Origin: Lepidodermella squamata
Taxonomy: Eukaryota; Animalia; Gastrotricha
Direction of reading: 5' to 3'
DNA: 64,000 bases
NCBI GenBank assembly: GCA_047495785.1
Contig: JBLDXI010000009.1
Coordinates: 3,472,001 to 3,536,000 of the forward strand
Shown here: piece by piece, positions 36,501 through 51,641 of the stretch
Layout: every line of letters starts with the position of its first letter
Position numbering within the stretch: position 1 is the first letter of the stretch
The notes under the pieces: generated by a model
What the model was told of the DNA's origin: nothing
What the model saw: the letters and a program-made list of their open reading frames with translations, nothing else
The model's database searches: none
Program-made: the position numbers and the translations under genes

Positions 36501-39500
36501 CAACTGCCACGCAATCAGATTAACGAAAATTCGTGATTCAGCCAGAACTGCACTGCTCAAAAGTTATCCGAGTTCTTGTAATTTTTTCCGATCCCAATAA
36601 TAATTATATTAGGCGACTCGCAAAAAAACGACAGTTGTATAATTAGATTCGCATCGATGGCTCTATGTCTCCATCATCGTTAACAGATTCATCTATATAC
36701 TACATCGGAAAAAAATTGTCGTTATTTTTTAATAGTAAAATAAGATGATAAAAAATATCGGAATTTCGCGAGCATGCGACTGTAAATTGACGAGGAGTCT
36801 CGCGTCTTGAAATGCAATACTCTTCATGTATTAGAAGAAAGAGGGAATAACATTCGCCACAAGTCAGTAAAAATTAAAACGGAATGGCGGAATATTAGCT
36901 GAGCGATATTCAGTTACAATCACCCTGTGCACATAATACATAGCGCCAAGTCTTAATAATATAGCAAAATATATTGCTGTTTTTTTCCAACGGCAGACGT
37001 GCTAAAAGTGTGGTCAAATTTTCAATTCTATACCGTATATTATTAAGTGCGGGCGAAGAAATTTATTGCACCCTGATGCGACAATTCGATATATCGGACA
37101 GTAAACGCAGCGGGAAATTTTTCCTATTATTAAATTACCGAAACATAAACAACTCGGTGCTAACTACTTGATAATTTTATAGGCGCATTAAAAACTTCCC
37201 AAAATAATTCTTAAAAAATATAAAAGCAATATAGGGCTTGAATTTTTGTCTTAGACAAAATGCGGAATAGCATACATTAGGGGGAGGAGAAGGAGTAAAA
37301 AAAAGTAACCGAAACATTGATTTTTGCCCTGTTCCATATGGGAAGATATTGTGTTATCTTTGAGTTGTAATTATTCCTGTAAGAAATTTTCGTGCAATCA
37401 AGCGTGGCGTAGAACAACATAGCGCGCGTCGATCAGGTGTGTGGTAAGTATGAGGTGGGCGCTCGGTCGGGTTGCGGTTCTCATCAATTATTCATCAATA
37501 GATTCTTTCTTTGAGAATTAGCATTTGAGTGCGCTTATCTTCTATTGTTTTTTGCGACTAAATATAAAGTTTTTTCTACTTGACTAATCACGATGTATAA
37601 GCCGGAAAATTAGTGCGCTTTAGCACTAAACAAAGAAATATCAGTAAATTTCGGTAAAAAAAGCTATACGCCTAAATAACGAGTTTGCGAATTTTAAAAA
37701 ATATATAATTTATGCTAAAATAATTCATATATATTTGAGACAAAACAAAGACTGCCCTCACTTTATAGATTTTTGAACAACCAAAGAAAATCGATTATTA
37801 TCAAGCCATTGAAGAGGTCAAGGTCATGCACAATATAATTGAAAATAAACAGTTTGCTCTGTAAAAAAAAGTTAATGTGCCTATCGGTAATTTTGTTGAT
37901 TACATTACGGAGATGCGCTGAAAATGCTTGCCTTTTTCGGTGCCTGCGCAACTAACGCCCCTGAGGAAGCTAAAAGGCTTGATAATAGTAATCATAATAA
38001 ATAATGGGCCCGAGAATAAACACGTTGAAGGTAAATTCTAGAGGTAAAAATGCATTTTCCTACGCATGTTTGTATCTTTGCGTTTTTTCATGAGTGCTCA
38101 TTCTGGCTGCTGACTCTGGGTCTAATGAAATCAAATAGCTAAATGCTGAAAGTTGCGAAAAGCTCTTTTGTTACAAGTGCTTCTCCCCAGAGGGTCTGTT
38201 TGAATGAATTTTCGCCATACAACAACATGATTTTTTATATGACTGCTCCTTTATATGAGGATTAGCGGGAATTGGTCCTGAAAAGGAGTCCGTGCGATGT
38301 AATCAAAAAAGCCCTTCCGCTGCTTACAAGTTAACAACTTTGTCCAGTCGTAAAATAAAATATATGATGCTTAATTTGCTATATAAAAGGTAAGGCGGAG
38401 GAGTCCCAGAATAACGTAGCGAACAAACCTGTAAAAAATATATCAAGGCCGCTACAAATTGAATAGCCGCTTGACTGCGACTTGTTAATTTCACAATAAT
38501 TACGAGAACTATGGGGAGAAAACGATTATTTTGAGTCTGTGTAAACATCGGAATTTTTTACGACTGAGAAGAATTTGAGATAAGTGCGATTTTTTCGCAT
38601 TAATAAAATATCTGAATTCGTTAATACCAACGCTTTCTAGAGTGAAAAGTCGATATAATTCATAGTCCTGGTATAATTTTTTTACATGATATATTTCAAG
38701 ACTGTAATAGAATATATTTCCTAATTTCGTTTAACGGTTGTGGGGGATTTTGTTGTTTTTCCTCATTCGATCGACTAACCGTTCGCTCATTCATTCTTAT
38801 TTTTCGAGCTTATTTACGTCTTATACACCGCTCATACGAGGAAAAACTCATGGCCTAGAAGGTTTTTCGATTACTTTTGATGGAAAATGCTAATAATAAT
38901 AATATCCAGTACTAGGCGCATGTTTAATCTCAGCTAATGCATGTTGGCTGAAAGCTGAACCAAGCATACGCAGAAAGGAAATTATTTCATAAGTTTTAGC
39001 CAAACAATGGACATTTAAATTTTGCCAAGTTTTCGCGACGTCTTGACTCTGATGATGCAATTACCGCTCATAAATTAATTATACTTTCAAACTGGCTGTA
39101 TATTTTTTTCCCAGGAAGCAGGAGAGGCAAGCCAGACGGAACAATCTTGAACTTTTTCCGAAAAAGTATCGATCAGACTGTACAATCTATCTTCAAAAAA
39201 AACGCACTGGAAATTTCAATTTTTTTATTTTTGCTGCTGCCTTCTTATTAGTTTTTATGCACGTTGAATTCGACATAACAAGGGCGATAAATAGTGATGA
39301 TTTCTACGTTATCAGATGGCATGTACGTCTAAAAATTGATACCAAAAAGTCACACACTGTTATGAATAACAAAATATACGAAAATACGATTATTTTTGGG
39401 ACATTGAACCAAGAAATATCGTTTAAATTGTCGCCACGCTTTGAAAAAAAGAAAGAGCGACTTCACAGTCAAGTTTTAGTTATAATAAAATAAAATTTAG

Positions 39501-39939
39501 ATATAACAAGACTAAGAGGCTGTACAAGTAATAATTATCTGCTATAATTCAACTTTTTTCGTTTACGTAAAGAGCGACATTTGTTTCAAGGTAAGAAGCG
39601 TACAATGATAAAAGAAATTATTCTGGTAAATGGTATTGAAGTATGGGAAGATGAATCAATTTTAGCCGAAACGTTGATATAAGATTCCGCGCGAAATCGA
39701 GAGTATTGTCGATGAAGGCTTGAAATCGGTTATTCGTACCCGCCTCTCAAGTTGCGAACACGCTAGAAAGCGGAGACGAGACAAACATCGCGACATTTAA
39801 GACAAAATCAAGGCACCAGTGTTTCTGAGACTTTTTTACGTAAATTATACAATTAATTAAATATTATTCAATTTTTTCTGAAAATACAGACGTGACAGCG
39901 ATAATTTCAATGAATTTATATGCAATTTTTAATCATAGA

Positions 39940-42732
39940 TTAATATCCGTAGCTTGATTGCTGCTGCGCTGGAGCTTGGCCTACGAACGGATTGTTAGGA
40001 TTGCTAGCCACGATTGGTGCCGAGTTATTCGAGCCGTAGTACATCTGCTCGCCAGCCACGAATTCGCCGGAACTTCTCCGGTTATATTGACTGCCGTTAT
40101 TGAATTCCGCCTCGTCATTGTTCTCCAACTGCTCGTAGATACCACCATCGGGCGAGTACTTGGTAGCACCGGCAGCATGGTCGAGAATACCCTTGAAAAA
40201 AAAATTAAATTAAAAATTAAAAAAAACAAGCCAACTTCAGGTTTGGACAACTCCAAAATTTGAACTTAAAGATAAAATGTTTCGGATTTTTCATGCACAG
40301 CAACAAAATTTAAAAATAAAAAAAGCAAAAACTTATATTTACATCATTTACTGAGTCTTTTGGCGGAGGATTGCGTAGGAAGTAGATGAGTGGCGCGAAT
40401 AAAATGTTGATGATAGCTATCGACCATAGCATCCAGTGGAAGCCGATGGATTTGACCAAGTTGCCGGACAACGCCGGGCCGACGGCGAAGCCGAGGCAGA
40501 ATGCAACGTCAGCAATGGCATAGACCGTGCCGTAGACGGAGACATATCGCAAATCGACGAGATAGCCCATTGTTGGCATCATCGACGAGTCGACCATGCC
40601 GATGGCGAAACCGAGGCAAAAGTTCGGAAAGATCAAGTGGTAGATGCTGGTTGCAAAAGGAATCTATTCGAAAAAATTGGAAAAAAATTCAAGATTGAAC
40701 AAACAAATTTTAGACTGTGAAATTGATTCAATTTGGGTAAATCTTAAAATTACTCACCACAAATAATGCAAATGAGACGATAAGCATGCCAATAAGGCCT
40801 GTCCGCCACCTGCCAATGAGATGTGCCAGCCGGCCGAAGATGAAAGTTCCGATGAGGTAGGAAATACTGGCCGGTAGAAACGCGGCGCCTTGTTGAAATT
40901 TCGACGCCCGCATCGTGTCGAGCATCCAAATAGGCAGTGTCGGCTCGAGCATCGCAATGCCAAGATTGCCGAGCATGATAGCGCCGGCGGTGATTAGGAT
41001 GTAAGGATCCTTAAGTAGCGTCAGCAACGGGGTGCCCTGTTGTTCTTCTGGCTTCATTGTCGGGTTGAGGAGGATCAACTGAAGGGCGCCGTCGGCAATG
41101 GCGAGCGCGGCTAGTATTAAAAACGGCGCTTCCTTGCTGACGAATTCGTACATGAAGCCGCCGAAAGGAGGACCGACTACGAAATCAAAATGCAAATTTC
41201 TAATTTTTCATGAATTTGGAATTTTTACCTAGAACACCGAGAGCAAGTCCACCAAGGGCGAAGCCAAGTGCCTGGCCGCGTTCGACATCGTCAGGATAGC
41301 GGGAGGCTAACATGCCCATACCGGCGGTTGAACTGCACGCGGATCCGATGCCTTGCAAGGCTCGGGCGAAGAACAGGACGACATAATTAGTCGCGAATGC
41401 AAAAACTGATAAAGGAATTCAAATTAAAGCATTTTTTATTGATTTTGATAAAAGAAAATTGGTTAATCAGATTTATAGAAGTCGATAATCAATCTTCATC
41501 CGTGACTTCCATGGAGAACTTAGATCAGTTATATAGATAAAGAAAATTGTAAGCCAATAGAAGCCCATCGCGTTTAGTAGCCAAGTTGGGACTTTATAAT
41601 ATGGCCTGAAAGCGAAAACATTATGAAATTTTGAAATTTTAATTTTTTTTTGGGGTTTTTCAAATCTTGAGGATTGGAAATTAACAATATCCCTTGCGGC
41701 ATTTCAGAATTTGTATCTATGCATTTAGAAAATGTTGCTGCTGCAAAAATTGTAAAAAAATACTCGCAATATTTGTTAATCATGTGTGTGAGCTCAAGTG
41801 AGCACCTGTTTAAATAAGCATTATTTGAAGCACGTGTAAAATTCATTCAAAAAAATAATAAAGAAGAAAATGAAGACGCTTCTTGATAATATTGTCTTTT
41901 CTTTCATTACATTTGAAAAGCAATTATGACGATATAAAAACCAAAAACCACCCAGCTCTTTTCAGATGGCATGGAACATAAAGGCAGCTTCCTATGATAA
42001 GAATAATCGTAATTTGAAGCCCCAAAATGGAAAATTAAGTCTTTTAAAATTCAAAAAGAAATGAAGAATTAATATTAACGAAGAGTAAATCATACTTGTT
42101 GTAGAAACTGTTAAGATAGCAAAGCCAGCAAACATCGGTATCGAATACCCGATTTTATTAGTCAATGGACCGATTATAGGATTCGTGATGAGTTGCACGA
42201 CGGCTTTCGACGCGAACATGATGCCAACCCTGACGTTCTCATTAACCAGCGCCGAATGCCGGCGCCGCTCCGCCAGCTCGGCGATTGTTTCCGTGAAATT
42301 CTCCTTCGTCAAACACGGCGGCACCTCGATTGTCGTCTTGATAACCGGCAAATAACTCATGCCCCATATGTAATCCGTGATATTATCGTACATTTTCTTC
42401 GTTTTCTTGACACTTCGGCAGGTTTTCAGGAGATCACGGACGGTGGGATCGTCCTGGTCCTCCAGGGACAGTCGCGTTATGTTGATCTCTGGCACGACTG
42501 AGAACGCATCCGGGTAGTCGGCCTCGGTCAATAAATTGGGAATAATGGGTACGACAGTGGTGAGCAGCATGTTGTCGAGGAAAAGGGCGATAAAAACGAT
42601 GACGAGGACGAGTTTTCGCGACGTTCTGGCGTTTTGTAAAAACTCCTGTAAACTGAACTCCTTGCCATCAGTCGTCAACACGTTGCCAACAAGCGAACGG
42701 CAAACGTTAGCGACGCCGCCAATCTTCTCCAT
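39940..42732 (-). CDS. Vmat: Vesicular monoamine transporter (SLC18A1/2 family, ~601 aa)
   Basis: Exons 42732-42096, 41405-41229, 41176-40758, 40663-40343, 40191-39940; [57 protein letters not shown] and YAIADVAFC fit VMAT rather than VAChT. Confidence 0.93.
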
Positions 42733-44659
42733 TGAACAAAATGTTATTCAATTAACAGCACCCAACTTTAATAATTAGGGATCTATCTTGAATACAAAAT
42801 TACAGCACGGACATGAAATTACAATTTTTCAGTGAAACGTAAATTAAAGCGTAGTTTCAGGGACAAAAGGCAAGAAGCTGAGTACTGTATAATAAAAAAT
42901 GCGAGGAGCTAACGGGTGTTGAAGCCCGGCGACATCTGCTGTCGCGCTCATATGAGCGGCAGTGTGTTTGTTTTTGCTTCAGTTTCTACCGCGGCGATAT
43001 TCATGTCAAAAATCGTCATATTACACCCTAGCTAGCACACATTACAATAATATTACGCCTATATCATCCCGCTACTCACGTTGAAAACTGCGGATAGATT
43101 GCCCCATGAGATTTGGTGTGTAAACTAAAGATATTTATATAAAATATATGTATTATTATAGAAATTATAATATATTTGACCTAAGCTGCCTGATGTTTTC
43201 TCGGAGTGATTTTTCGCCGAAATCATCGCAGCGAGTGGCAGGCGAAAAAATCTCACTTTTTGCGCTCATGTCTGACACGCCAACAGACCATAAAACAAGA
43301 GAAAGCATTTGACACAATAATAATAATATTCTTAATAATAATAAATAATTTTGATTTATATTCGTCTAAAAAATTTCGCCTAGTGCAATCAATGCCAACA
43401 AGATTGTGTTGTGTTTTTTCTCCGCCGCCGTCGAGCTATGGTCATTACGCGTGGAAAGCTTTCTAAAAAATTATCTCTCCCCTCTGCGCAAAGTATAAAA
43501 CGATAACTTCGGAAAAAGAAGACACTGAAGTTGAGTTGAGCGCGCAGTAACTTCTTTCTTCTAAGCTGCTCGGGTGAGTAGAAATTGTAATTATAGTAAT
43601 TATGTTAAAACCGCCAACACGATATCCGAGTGCTAGATGTCTGCTTGCAAGTTAATTTTACAGAGTAGTGCCGCGGCCTGAGACGCTTTTTCATTAATGA
43701 TTCGAACAACGTGTATTGTATAGCAAGTCCCGTACTTTTTAGCGCCAATAACTGATAGATAGATTAGCGTTGTAAAAACCGAACAAGCAGTTGGCTCACT
43801 GTCCTTAAGACTCGGGTCTATAAACTGCATCGACAATTGAGTAGTGTTTAAATGAAAGAAAAATATATAGGTAACAATATAATCGTAGCGGTGAGCGTAA
43901 AAAAATATACCTGTGTGTAGGTAAAAAAAATCGATTTGCGGTTCCTTTTTCATTATTACGACTATATTAATGTGATTGAACACCTTTTTACACTTGAAAC
44001 TGAGTGAAAGTATAGAATATATTGTTTCGATTTATGTCGCCCAGGATTTTTCTGCCTGTGTTTCTGTGTCGATAAACAAAATCGAACGCGTTTTTAGAAT
44101 GAAACTGCGGGAAGTTGCGCCTGCCGCCGCGAAGCAATCACAAAGCGTGGCGGAAGCGGCTCACTCGGCCTCCACGCCGCGTAAAATGGCTCGACTTCTA
44201 CTGCTATATGTATAGATATATATATATATAGATGTATTTATATTTGAAGCCGCCGATTCGCTGACACCTCATGAAAAACTTTCGATTATAAGCGCCGCTT
44301 TCCTTTCTTCGATCGCGATTCCACTCGGCTGAAAGATGGAGAAAAAACGGCGCCAATTTCAACAGAATTTTTATTATTACACAAGTTACTTCTATTTCAT
44401 ATCGTTATACTAATAATCAGCGGGTGTAAATCAATATTAGCATGCGATCAAGCACTTTTCAACCTAAAATAATAAAGAAGTAGGAAGGTAACGCATGGCC
44501 GAACACTTCGAGCCTAATGTTGAGATGCAGATTTTCCTTTGTCAACAAAGTTCCAGTAGAATAAGTATAGCAGTTTTCAAGAATGCGAAAAAACGATGAA
44601 AAGCAACTGAAAATTAAAATGACGAACATTGAGGGGATGGATGAAGTGGATTTTTCGGT

Positions 44660-47600
44660 TTATTTTTTCTTAGAATCCGGGCCGCCGGCATTGCGGCGAG
44701 CAGTGCCGATCGTGCAGCCGTTGACTTTGGTGGCGAAACGCAGCGAATTGATTGTTTCTGCGACGAATCGCTGGCAGGGATTGAAGTTGACGAACATCAG
44801 GGCCTTAGCTTGACCGCCCAGCGAGTTCATCAGGAGATACGTCAGCTTGCTGTCCCGGTACGGAATATGCGTATCCTAAAATCACAAAACGAGTTATAAA
44901 TAATAGAAAATGAAATAAAAATTGATCAAACATCTAGTGTTCAATGTTTAAATCGAGGAAAAATCCACAAACAAGCGGGCTGAATCGATCGGATTTTTAC
45001 AAAAATTAGTCAGGTCAATTATATTAAAAAATTAACGGCTAATCTGAAAATTAAAGCCCAAACTTAGGGTACCCGCGCTAAATCTGAGTTGAGCTCTAAA
45101 TTCCCTCGAATTATTTTTCGATTTTTACGTGTTCCTTTTGATCTATATTTTTTTAATATATTTTTAATATATAACCCAGTGCTCCGTAAACTCGGTTTTT
45201 CCGGCCGCGTGCGGCCAGCGGAGCAGTTCATTGCGGCCGGAAAGCTTTTCTCGAATGATTGCTAGAATGCGGCCGGTTACCCTATTTTATTCGATATTTA
45301 CGCGAAAATCGACCTTTTTTACACTATTTTCAGCCGAAATGTCGGTAAAATACCGTTAGCTGAAGCTCGCATATATCATTAACCTCTATTTTGCTGGTTC
45401 CAATGCGGCAATCTTGAGCAGTTTTCCTCATCTTTCCTCGTCCTTTGCTTAAATAGGAAGGGTCTTTTATTTACGTGAATGAACTGAAATAAGTGATTTT
45501 CCGTGTACCAGCAGTATTGAAAGCCTCTAAAAAATTACTAAATCGTCTACTGAGGGTAACAGGTTCGATTATTTGGTTTGGATGTCTAATTAACGAAGAT
45601 TTTTGTGTTTGCAAGTCAAACTTACACGATTGTGAATGGCCACGATAACATTCGACAGAGCCGAAAGCGAAGAGTTGATGCTGATGGCCTCTTGCGCCCG
45701 GACTCCGGTCGACCCACTGTCCTTCAACCGCTCAGAGCCGGCCAAATCGATCAAACTCAGCGTCGACTTGACATTCTCATTCGTCGTCTCATTGACACCA
45801 TCGATCTTGATCTGGCACAAGCTGTGAGATCGACTTGACTCGCGGTTCATTTTCGTCTCGGCAACATGGCGATTCCGCCCGGCCTGGCGCATCAACTGGT
45901 AGAACTGCAGTTTCGACTTGATAGGCGCCGCTTTCAGCCCGACGACAATCACATCGTTCGTCTTCTTATCCGCGAGTTGAATTTCATGCGGCTGTTGATT
46001 TTCGTTGTCGTCAAGCAAATCTAGCAGAGTTTCGTTGTAGATTTCGATGAAACTCGCCGTCATTTCAAACTTCCACCCACGCCCGGCCAACTCAGCGGCT
46101 GACGTGAAAATCTGCTCAATTGCACGCGGAATCATGCCTCGTTGCTCGAACGTCGCGTCGTGTTCCGACCACTCATCCAAACCTTCCATGGTGTAAGTTT
46201 TACCCGAACCAGTTTGGCCGTAGGCGAAAATCGCGACGTTATAGCCGTCCATAGCGGATTGAACCAATTGGCTCAACTCTTCAAAGCAAGTAGCTTGGTT
46301 GTCATTTGACGAGAACACGCGGTCGAATTCGAAATCAACAACTTTAGGCCGGACAGTTCCCGCGGCGTCTTGCTCCGTCGTGTGAATTATCAACTTTTTG
46401 TGGTCCAAATCAGGCGAATCGAGTTTAAGCAACTCGGCATTTGAGTTCTTCTCAGCCGGTAGCAACGGCCTGGTTCGGCAGAAAACGCGAATATTACCCT
46501 TGAGTTCTTGAACTCGGTTATGAAGAACCTTCCGCAACCGAAAATGTTCCTCCTTATCAGCCTCTAGGCCTTTAATCCGCTCCTGAGCCTCTGAATTCGC
46601 ATCTGACATTTTCGAGATTTCGTTGGACAGGGATCGGACTTCCTCGATCAATTCAGTAACGCGTTGTTTCAACGCATCTCGTTCACGAATTACGTTCGAC
46701 TTTTCAGTCTCAACCTGGGCGCAGTTGATAACTGACGCGTCGTAACGCGCGTTCAAATCAACAATCGCCTGTTCCCGGGCCTGAAGTTTGCCGCGCAAGT
46801 CGAGAGCCTCGGCAGTTTTGTCATCCAACTGCCGGTTAACGTCGCGAATTTGCTGTTCTAACTGTTCGATTCGCAGTTTTGAAGCACTGCATGATCTTTC
46901 GCTGCTGTCGAGGCGTGAATTCAAGTCTTGAACTTTGCGTTCCAGATCGCCAACACGATCTCGCTGAGCACCTAGTTCGGCTGTTGTTCTGCGGAGTTCT
47001 GATCGGGTGTTAGTTGCTTCAGTTCGCGATTCATCCAAATCACGATTCAAATTCTGAATGCGCGAATCTGCAGTCATCTTCTCCATGCGCAAATTCTCCA
47101 GTTCGGCTGATAAGCGTGACCTTTCAGACCGAAGTTGATCAATCTGATGCTGAGCGTCCATTAGCTGGTTAGAAACTTGGCGCTTCTCCATTTTCAACTG
47201 CCTATTCAAAATAAGAAGTCAAACTTGAGTTTAAATTGCGTAGCTGAAATTACTCTAGTTCTTCCTCTCGCTCAGCCGCAACAACTTTGACGGTTTTAAC
47301 TTCGACTTCCTTCTCTTGCTTTTCTTTCTCAACAGCGTGAAGTCGAGCAGTGATATCTCCCATTTGCTCCATGAGCAGCTAAAAAAGTAGAAATTATTAC
47401 CTATCCATATCAGCAATTAATCACTCACGGCAAGCTGTCCTTTCAAGTCCCACGCGGGAGGTTTTGCTTTCTTTTGAACTGAAGGGCCGGCCGGAGCTGA
47501 AGCTAATGACATCACACTCTGATTCATTATGGAATTATTAAGATTTGACGCAGTTGCTGCCCTTGGCCGTTTCAGTGCTGTCGATTGACTTATGGGCGCC

Positions 47601-47996
47601 GGAGCGGCGAATGTACGCTTGACGTTGCTGGCAGAAGGGCCCAAAGCTATTAAAAAGCGGTCAAGTCATGAGCGGAAATAAATGAGTTTACTCACCTTGT
47701 TTCATACCAGGCGCACCTCTGGTCATCGACGGTCCCAGCGGCTTGACAGGACGAACAAATTCTTTGGTAGGTGGCCGTGCGTACGTTGGCTGACTGGCGG
47801 GATTAGGATTGACGTTCTCGGAATCGCTAGCCGTAGCAGCGCCTTGCTTCTTGGCTAAAATTGCCATCGAACGCCGTCTCAATTTGGCAGCCATAGCATT
47901 TTTCTGAGCAGAGCCCAAATGCTGCCGAGAAGCAACAGTTGTAGTCTCATATAAGCGATTGGTTACTTGAACAGCGGGCAATGGTATATTTGACAT
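44660..47996 (-). CDS. KIFC1: Kinesin-14 (KIFC1/Ncd-like, C-terminal motor)
   Basis: Basic N-terminal tail with PAWDLKGQL, long coiled coil, neck [18 protein letters not shown]-loop [29 protein letters not shown]; last exon ~44876-44660. Confidence 0.93.
45177..45260 (+). mobile_element. Possible hAT-derived MITE left end in the last kinesin intron
   Basis: cagtgctccgtaaact...ccggccgcgtgcggcc resembles hAT/Charlie MITE termini; no matching right end found. Confidence 0.3.
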
Positions 47997-48859
47997 GAAG
48001 GTAACAACAATAACAACAAATCTACAAACTATAAATAGCCGTTGTTATAAAGCTCACATTACGGCAATGTCTACTGCCTACTAAAGAGAAGATAGATATC
48101 GAAGGCGAGTTATGATTTAGTGAAAAGTGCGTTCTGCTAGGACAAAGCAAAAACCGCTAGGGCACCACGCGTTTTGTATTCCTTGACGGCGAGTTACGGT
48201 GCAAAGTCCAAATGACAAATGATTGTGATAATCTATGAGAAAGTTTGCGGTTTAATAGACGTTATTGTTTTTCGATTGATGCGGCAAACGGCTAACTATA
48301 TCCATTTTTTGTAGGAAATGCTAGCAGCTCATTGATAAAGCCAAGAAAAGATGAAATCAAGGAGAAAAAATGGCGTTATTTAATGAGAAATAATAGGCAT
48401 TTTTTGAAATCTTCCAATCGGTTCCGCTTCTTGCTTCTCAAGCCGTAAGGAGATCAAAAGGCAGTTTCTGGAGCACTTATCAGGGAAAGTGAAAGCAGGC
48501 AAGTAGCGGAAATCCGAAAACTTGCTTGCCCGTGCCTAGTGACTGCTGACTGCCAAGGCTGAGTTCTGAGGTCCCCAAGAAAGCAAAAATCGTCTGGGCT
48601 ACCCGTCTTCTCAGCGATCGACAACTTGAAATCGGCGCGCGTCGGTTTGAATTTGTGTCAACTTTTCACAACTATTATTTTTATTAATAAAATTGAAATT
48701 TTGCTATTTTCCTTGGAATTAAAAACGGACTGAGATATAAGTTTGCTGCATGGAAATTATTTTAATTTTTGCATTTTGAGCGTGGAGCGATAGGTGCTTG
48801 ACTTGCTGCGGACCCACACTCCCGACCCACACTCGTCACCTAATTCCGGCGACTGGAGG

Positions 48860-49552
48860 TTTCACAATCCCACTCTAGCAAAGCTTCAGTCAACGCAAGA
48901 TCGTGCCGTCCGAATCATATGCGGCGCTCACTCACTCGCAGATGCGGAGCCTCTTCGCCATCGACTCGGCTGGGTCAACGTTCAACAGAAACACGCCATC
49001 CATTTGGCGACATTCATCCGCAATTGCCTGAATAAACAAGTACCGGCTGCAATTCAAACACTTTTCCAGCTGAACCCGGTCGGCAGCTACTCAACACGTA
49101 ACACTGAGCCAATGTTCAAGCCGACGTATTCGTCAGTTCGTGGCACGTTGAGCCTTAGCTATCGCGGTCCCGATCTCTGGAATAAACTGCCTGCCGAAGC
49201 TCAAAATGCTGAGTCAGCTGAAGCGTGCCGCTCAAATGTTTATGCTTATTTTTACGAAAGAAATTCCACTGGTTTAGGCCTATGATAAATTCGATACACT
49301 ATATATTTTTATAATGCTGCGATGCTGTTTTGTTGTGATGTTATTATGATTTTGTTATTTTACTTAATTCTCATCATTGTTCAATCGCTCACTCTTGCTA
49401 TATGCACTTAATAACATTTTTTATGTCATCATTTGCCAATGTCCTATACCTCTGTAACCTGTCCTGCAATTATCTGTTTCATTTTCAATTCACTATTGTC
49501 AAGCTGCTCTCTCTTGGGCGTCATAGCTTTGAAATAAATAAAATAAATAAAT
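48860..49552 (+). mobile_element. 5'-truncated CR1/L2-type LINE 3' end
   Basis: KLQSTQDRAVRII...LGW...YSTRN...SLSYRGPDLWNKLP (post-RT domain), T-rich 3' UTR and (aaat)n tail at 49532-49552. Confidence 0.8.
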
Positions 49553-50223
49553 ACCGTCATTGCTGCTGATTTTATACGGATTTTTTCTGCATACATATCT
49601 ACGCCTTTCCACTCGTGCTCAATAACTACCTATACTTATGTACAATTTGTTCGTCCGACGTAAACCAAAGGCAATTTTACAGCGGAGCTTTCAACTTCCA
49701 ACTTTTTCTAATGACAGATGGATGGCTCATAAGGAAGTATATAATAAGGGCTTATATTTTGTCAAAGTGCCGTTATTCGCAGCTATTTTAGACTGTTCGC
49801 AGGTAGGAAGCACAGTGGTCAGTTGATTGCATTTTTTGTCGACTATGAATAATACACTGACGCTAAAAACTTAGTCGAAACTTAGAAGTCGTATGCGCTG
49901 CGCGCTGCACAAAAGGTGACACACTGCGCTCCAGATAGTTAAATACGTGATGCTGGAACGAAGCGTCAACAGGGCCGTTGTCAGTTTACTTGCCGGTGGT
50001 TTCCTACACTTTCTAGATTCAACATTCCCAATAGCTATGCCTTCACAAATTTCCAGATTTAACGATTTTATTGGCTTATTCCTAGGTTGGTTGGCTTGAT
50101 TATTATTGATTAGTCGCTTGCCAAATCATTCGGTTTACTTGGTTTTTAGTATAAATAGTTATTGGAATATTTCTATAAAAATCACAATATCTTGTAAGGA
50201 AATAAACACCCGAGTCGGGTATA

Positions 50224-50313
50224 GATTGATTAAAAAGAAAGCGACCGAAACGTCGCCAATTAATAAAGTTGTAGTTAGAAGCAACTTACGGTCGCTTTCT
50301 TTTTTAATCAATC
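50224..50313. repeat. Short inverted repeat resembling a Penelope pLTR tail
   Basis: gattgattaaaaagaaagcgaccg ... cggtcgctttcttttttaatcaatc enclosing gaaacgtcg and aataaa. Confidence 0.55.
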
Positions 50314-51568
50314 AATATCTTGTACCTCAAATAATTGAATTAGGAAAGTCGAAGCGGTACACAAAATCGCTGAAGAATTTCGAGACGGGCAGTGGGAAAC
50401 AGCCCGATGACATCTGAACGTACCGATCGGGTCGTCCTTCTACGGTGAAAATATACAGTCTCTACTCCATCAGCGAGCTTCTCGCAAAATTTTCTCGCTG
50501 GTGGCAAATTGCAGATTGCAGATCGGCTTAAGTATGCTATAATATCACACGCTTTTTTAACTTTTGTTGATATATTTGGCTGATCACGCATTTAATGTTT
50601 GTAGCTTACAAGCCGCGAGGCAGACTGTACTTTGAGGAGTTTTCTGTCTGTCATTGTTATACAGTATTGAGAAGAGTATTTTCGTTTCAATAAGACTTCA
50701 AGTGACATCGGAAAACGAGAGATCAGAATGCTTTGATATACGCGTACTTTGTGAACTATTTTATAAGGTCGTTTTGATACGGTCTCATCTCCAACGATAT
50801 CAAGAATGTCAAAACATGTTTTCGCCGTTAGTCGTGGAGGCTCATCTCCAAGCTGCGAGTGGAAGGTGGTTCTACTTCGGAATACCTCACATTTTTCGAA
50901 ATGAGAAGTATTCTTGTGAAATGCTGCCAGTGGCGCTAGTCACACTTTCTGAGAGGCGTACATAGCCAAGCATTAGTTACACGAGACAACGAGAATCAAG
51001 GGTACCGTGATATTTCGAGTGAAACAAAGAAAGCGAATAATCAGCTATTTATTTTTATTTTCAAGGCGTTAAATGTTAGTAGGCTCTCGCAACATCTTCA
51101 GCCTGCCTGCCCTCAATTAGCAAATTGAATCGCGGGACAGAGAAAAAGCCCTACTAGGTAATGTCGAAGGAAATTGACAATGATTAGAGAATAGTTGTAG
51201 AATAGTAGCATAGACCAAAGAGTATAGACGTAAGGAGAGACGTTTGAAGGAAATGAATGTATTTTTAATAGTCTTCTGATTGTTACTAAGAGAATTCTGA
51301 CAGGATCATGACTAGTAACTAACAGATAGGTGGTACCGTCTAATTTTTGGCTTACCATCATCACACTAGAAGGGGAAGAAAAACAGCAAACAGCAAATTA
51401 AAAAACGCAGCAAAGCAATAATTAAAATAATTTCAAACTGAAGAAGTCCGTCTGCCATTGAGGCTGACTTTCACTTTGTTCTTTGGTCACCACTCATGCA
51501 AGGGCGTCTCACGTGTTGCGACGCTTGCGTAGTATCGTGAAGCAAATGTGTGAATTAAAATAATTCAA

Positions 51569-51641
51569 GCCAGTCGATAACCAGTCGATGGCCAGTCGAT
51601 AGCCAGTCGATAGCCAGTCGATAGTCAGGCGGTCGACTGGC
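51569..51641. repeat. 11-bp minisatellite (gccagtcgata) x5 followed by one inverted unit
   Basis: Directly visible; tcgactggc follows at 51633-51641. Confidence 0.9.

Noticed and set aside
39940-42732. VAChT / cholinergic locus next to nAChR-like genes
   Set aside because: Diagnostic residues fit VMAT and no choline acetyltransferase is present in the window.
51569-51623. CRISPR-like array
   Set aside because: Contiguous 11-bp units without spacers, in a eukaryotic context with no cas genes.
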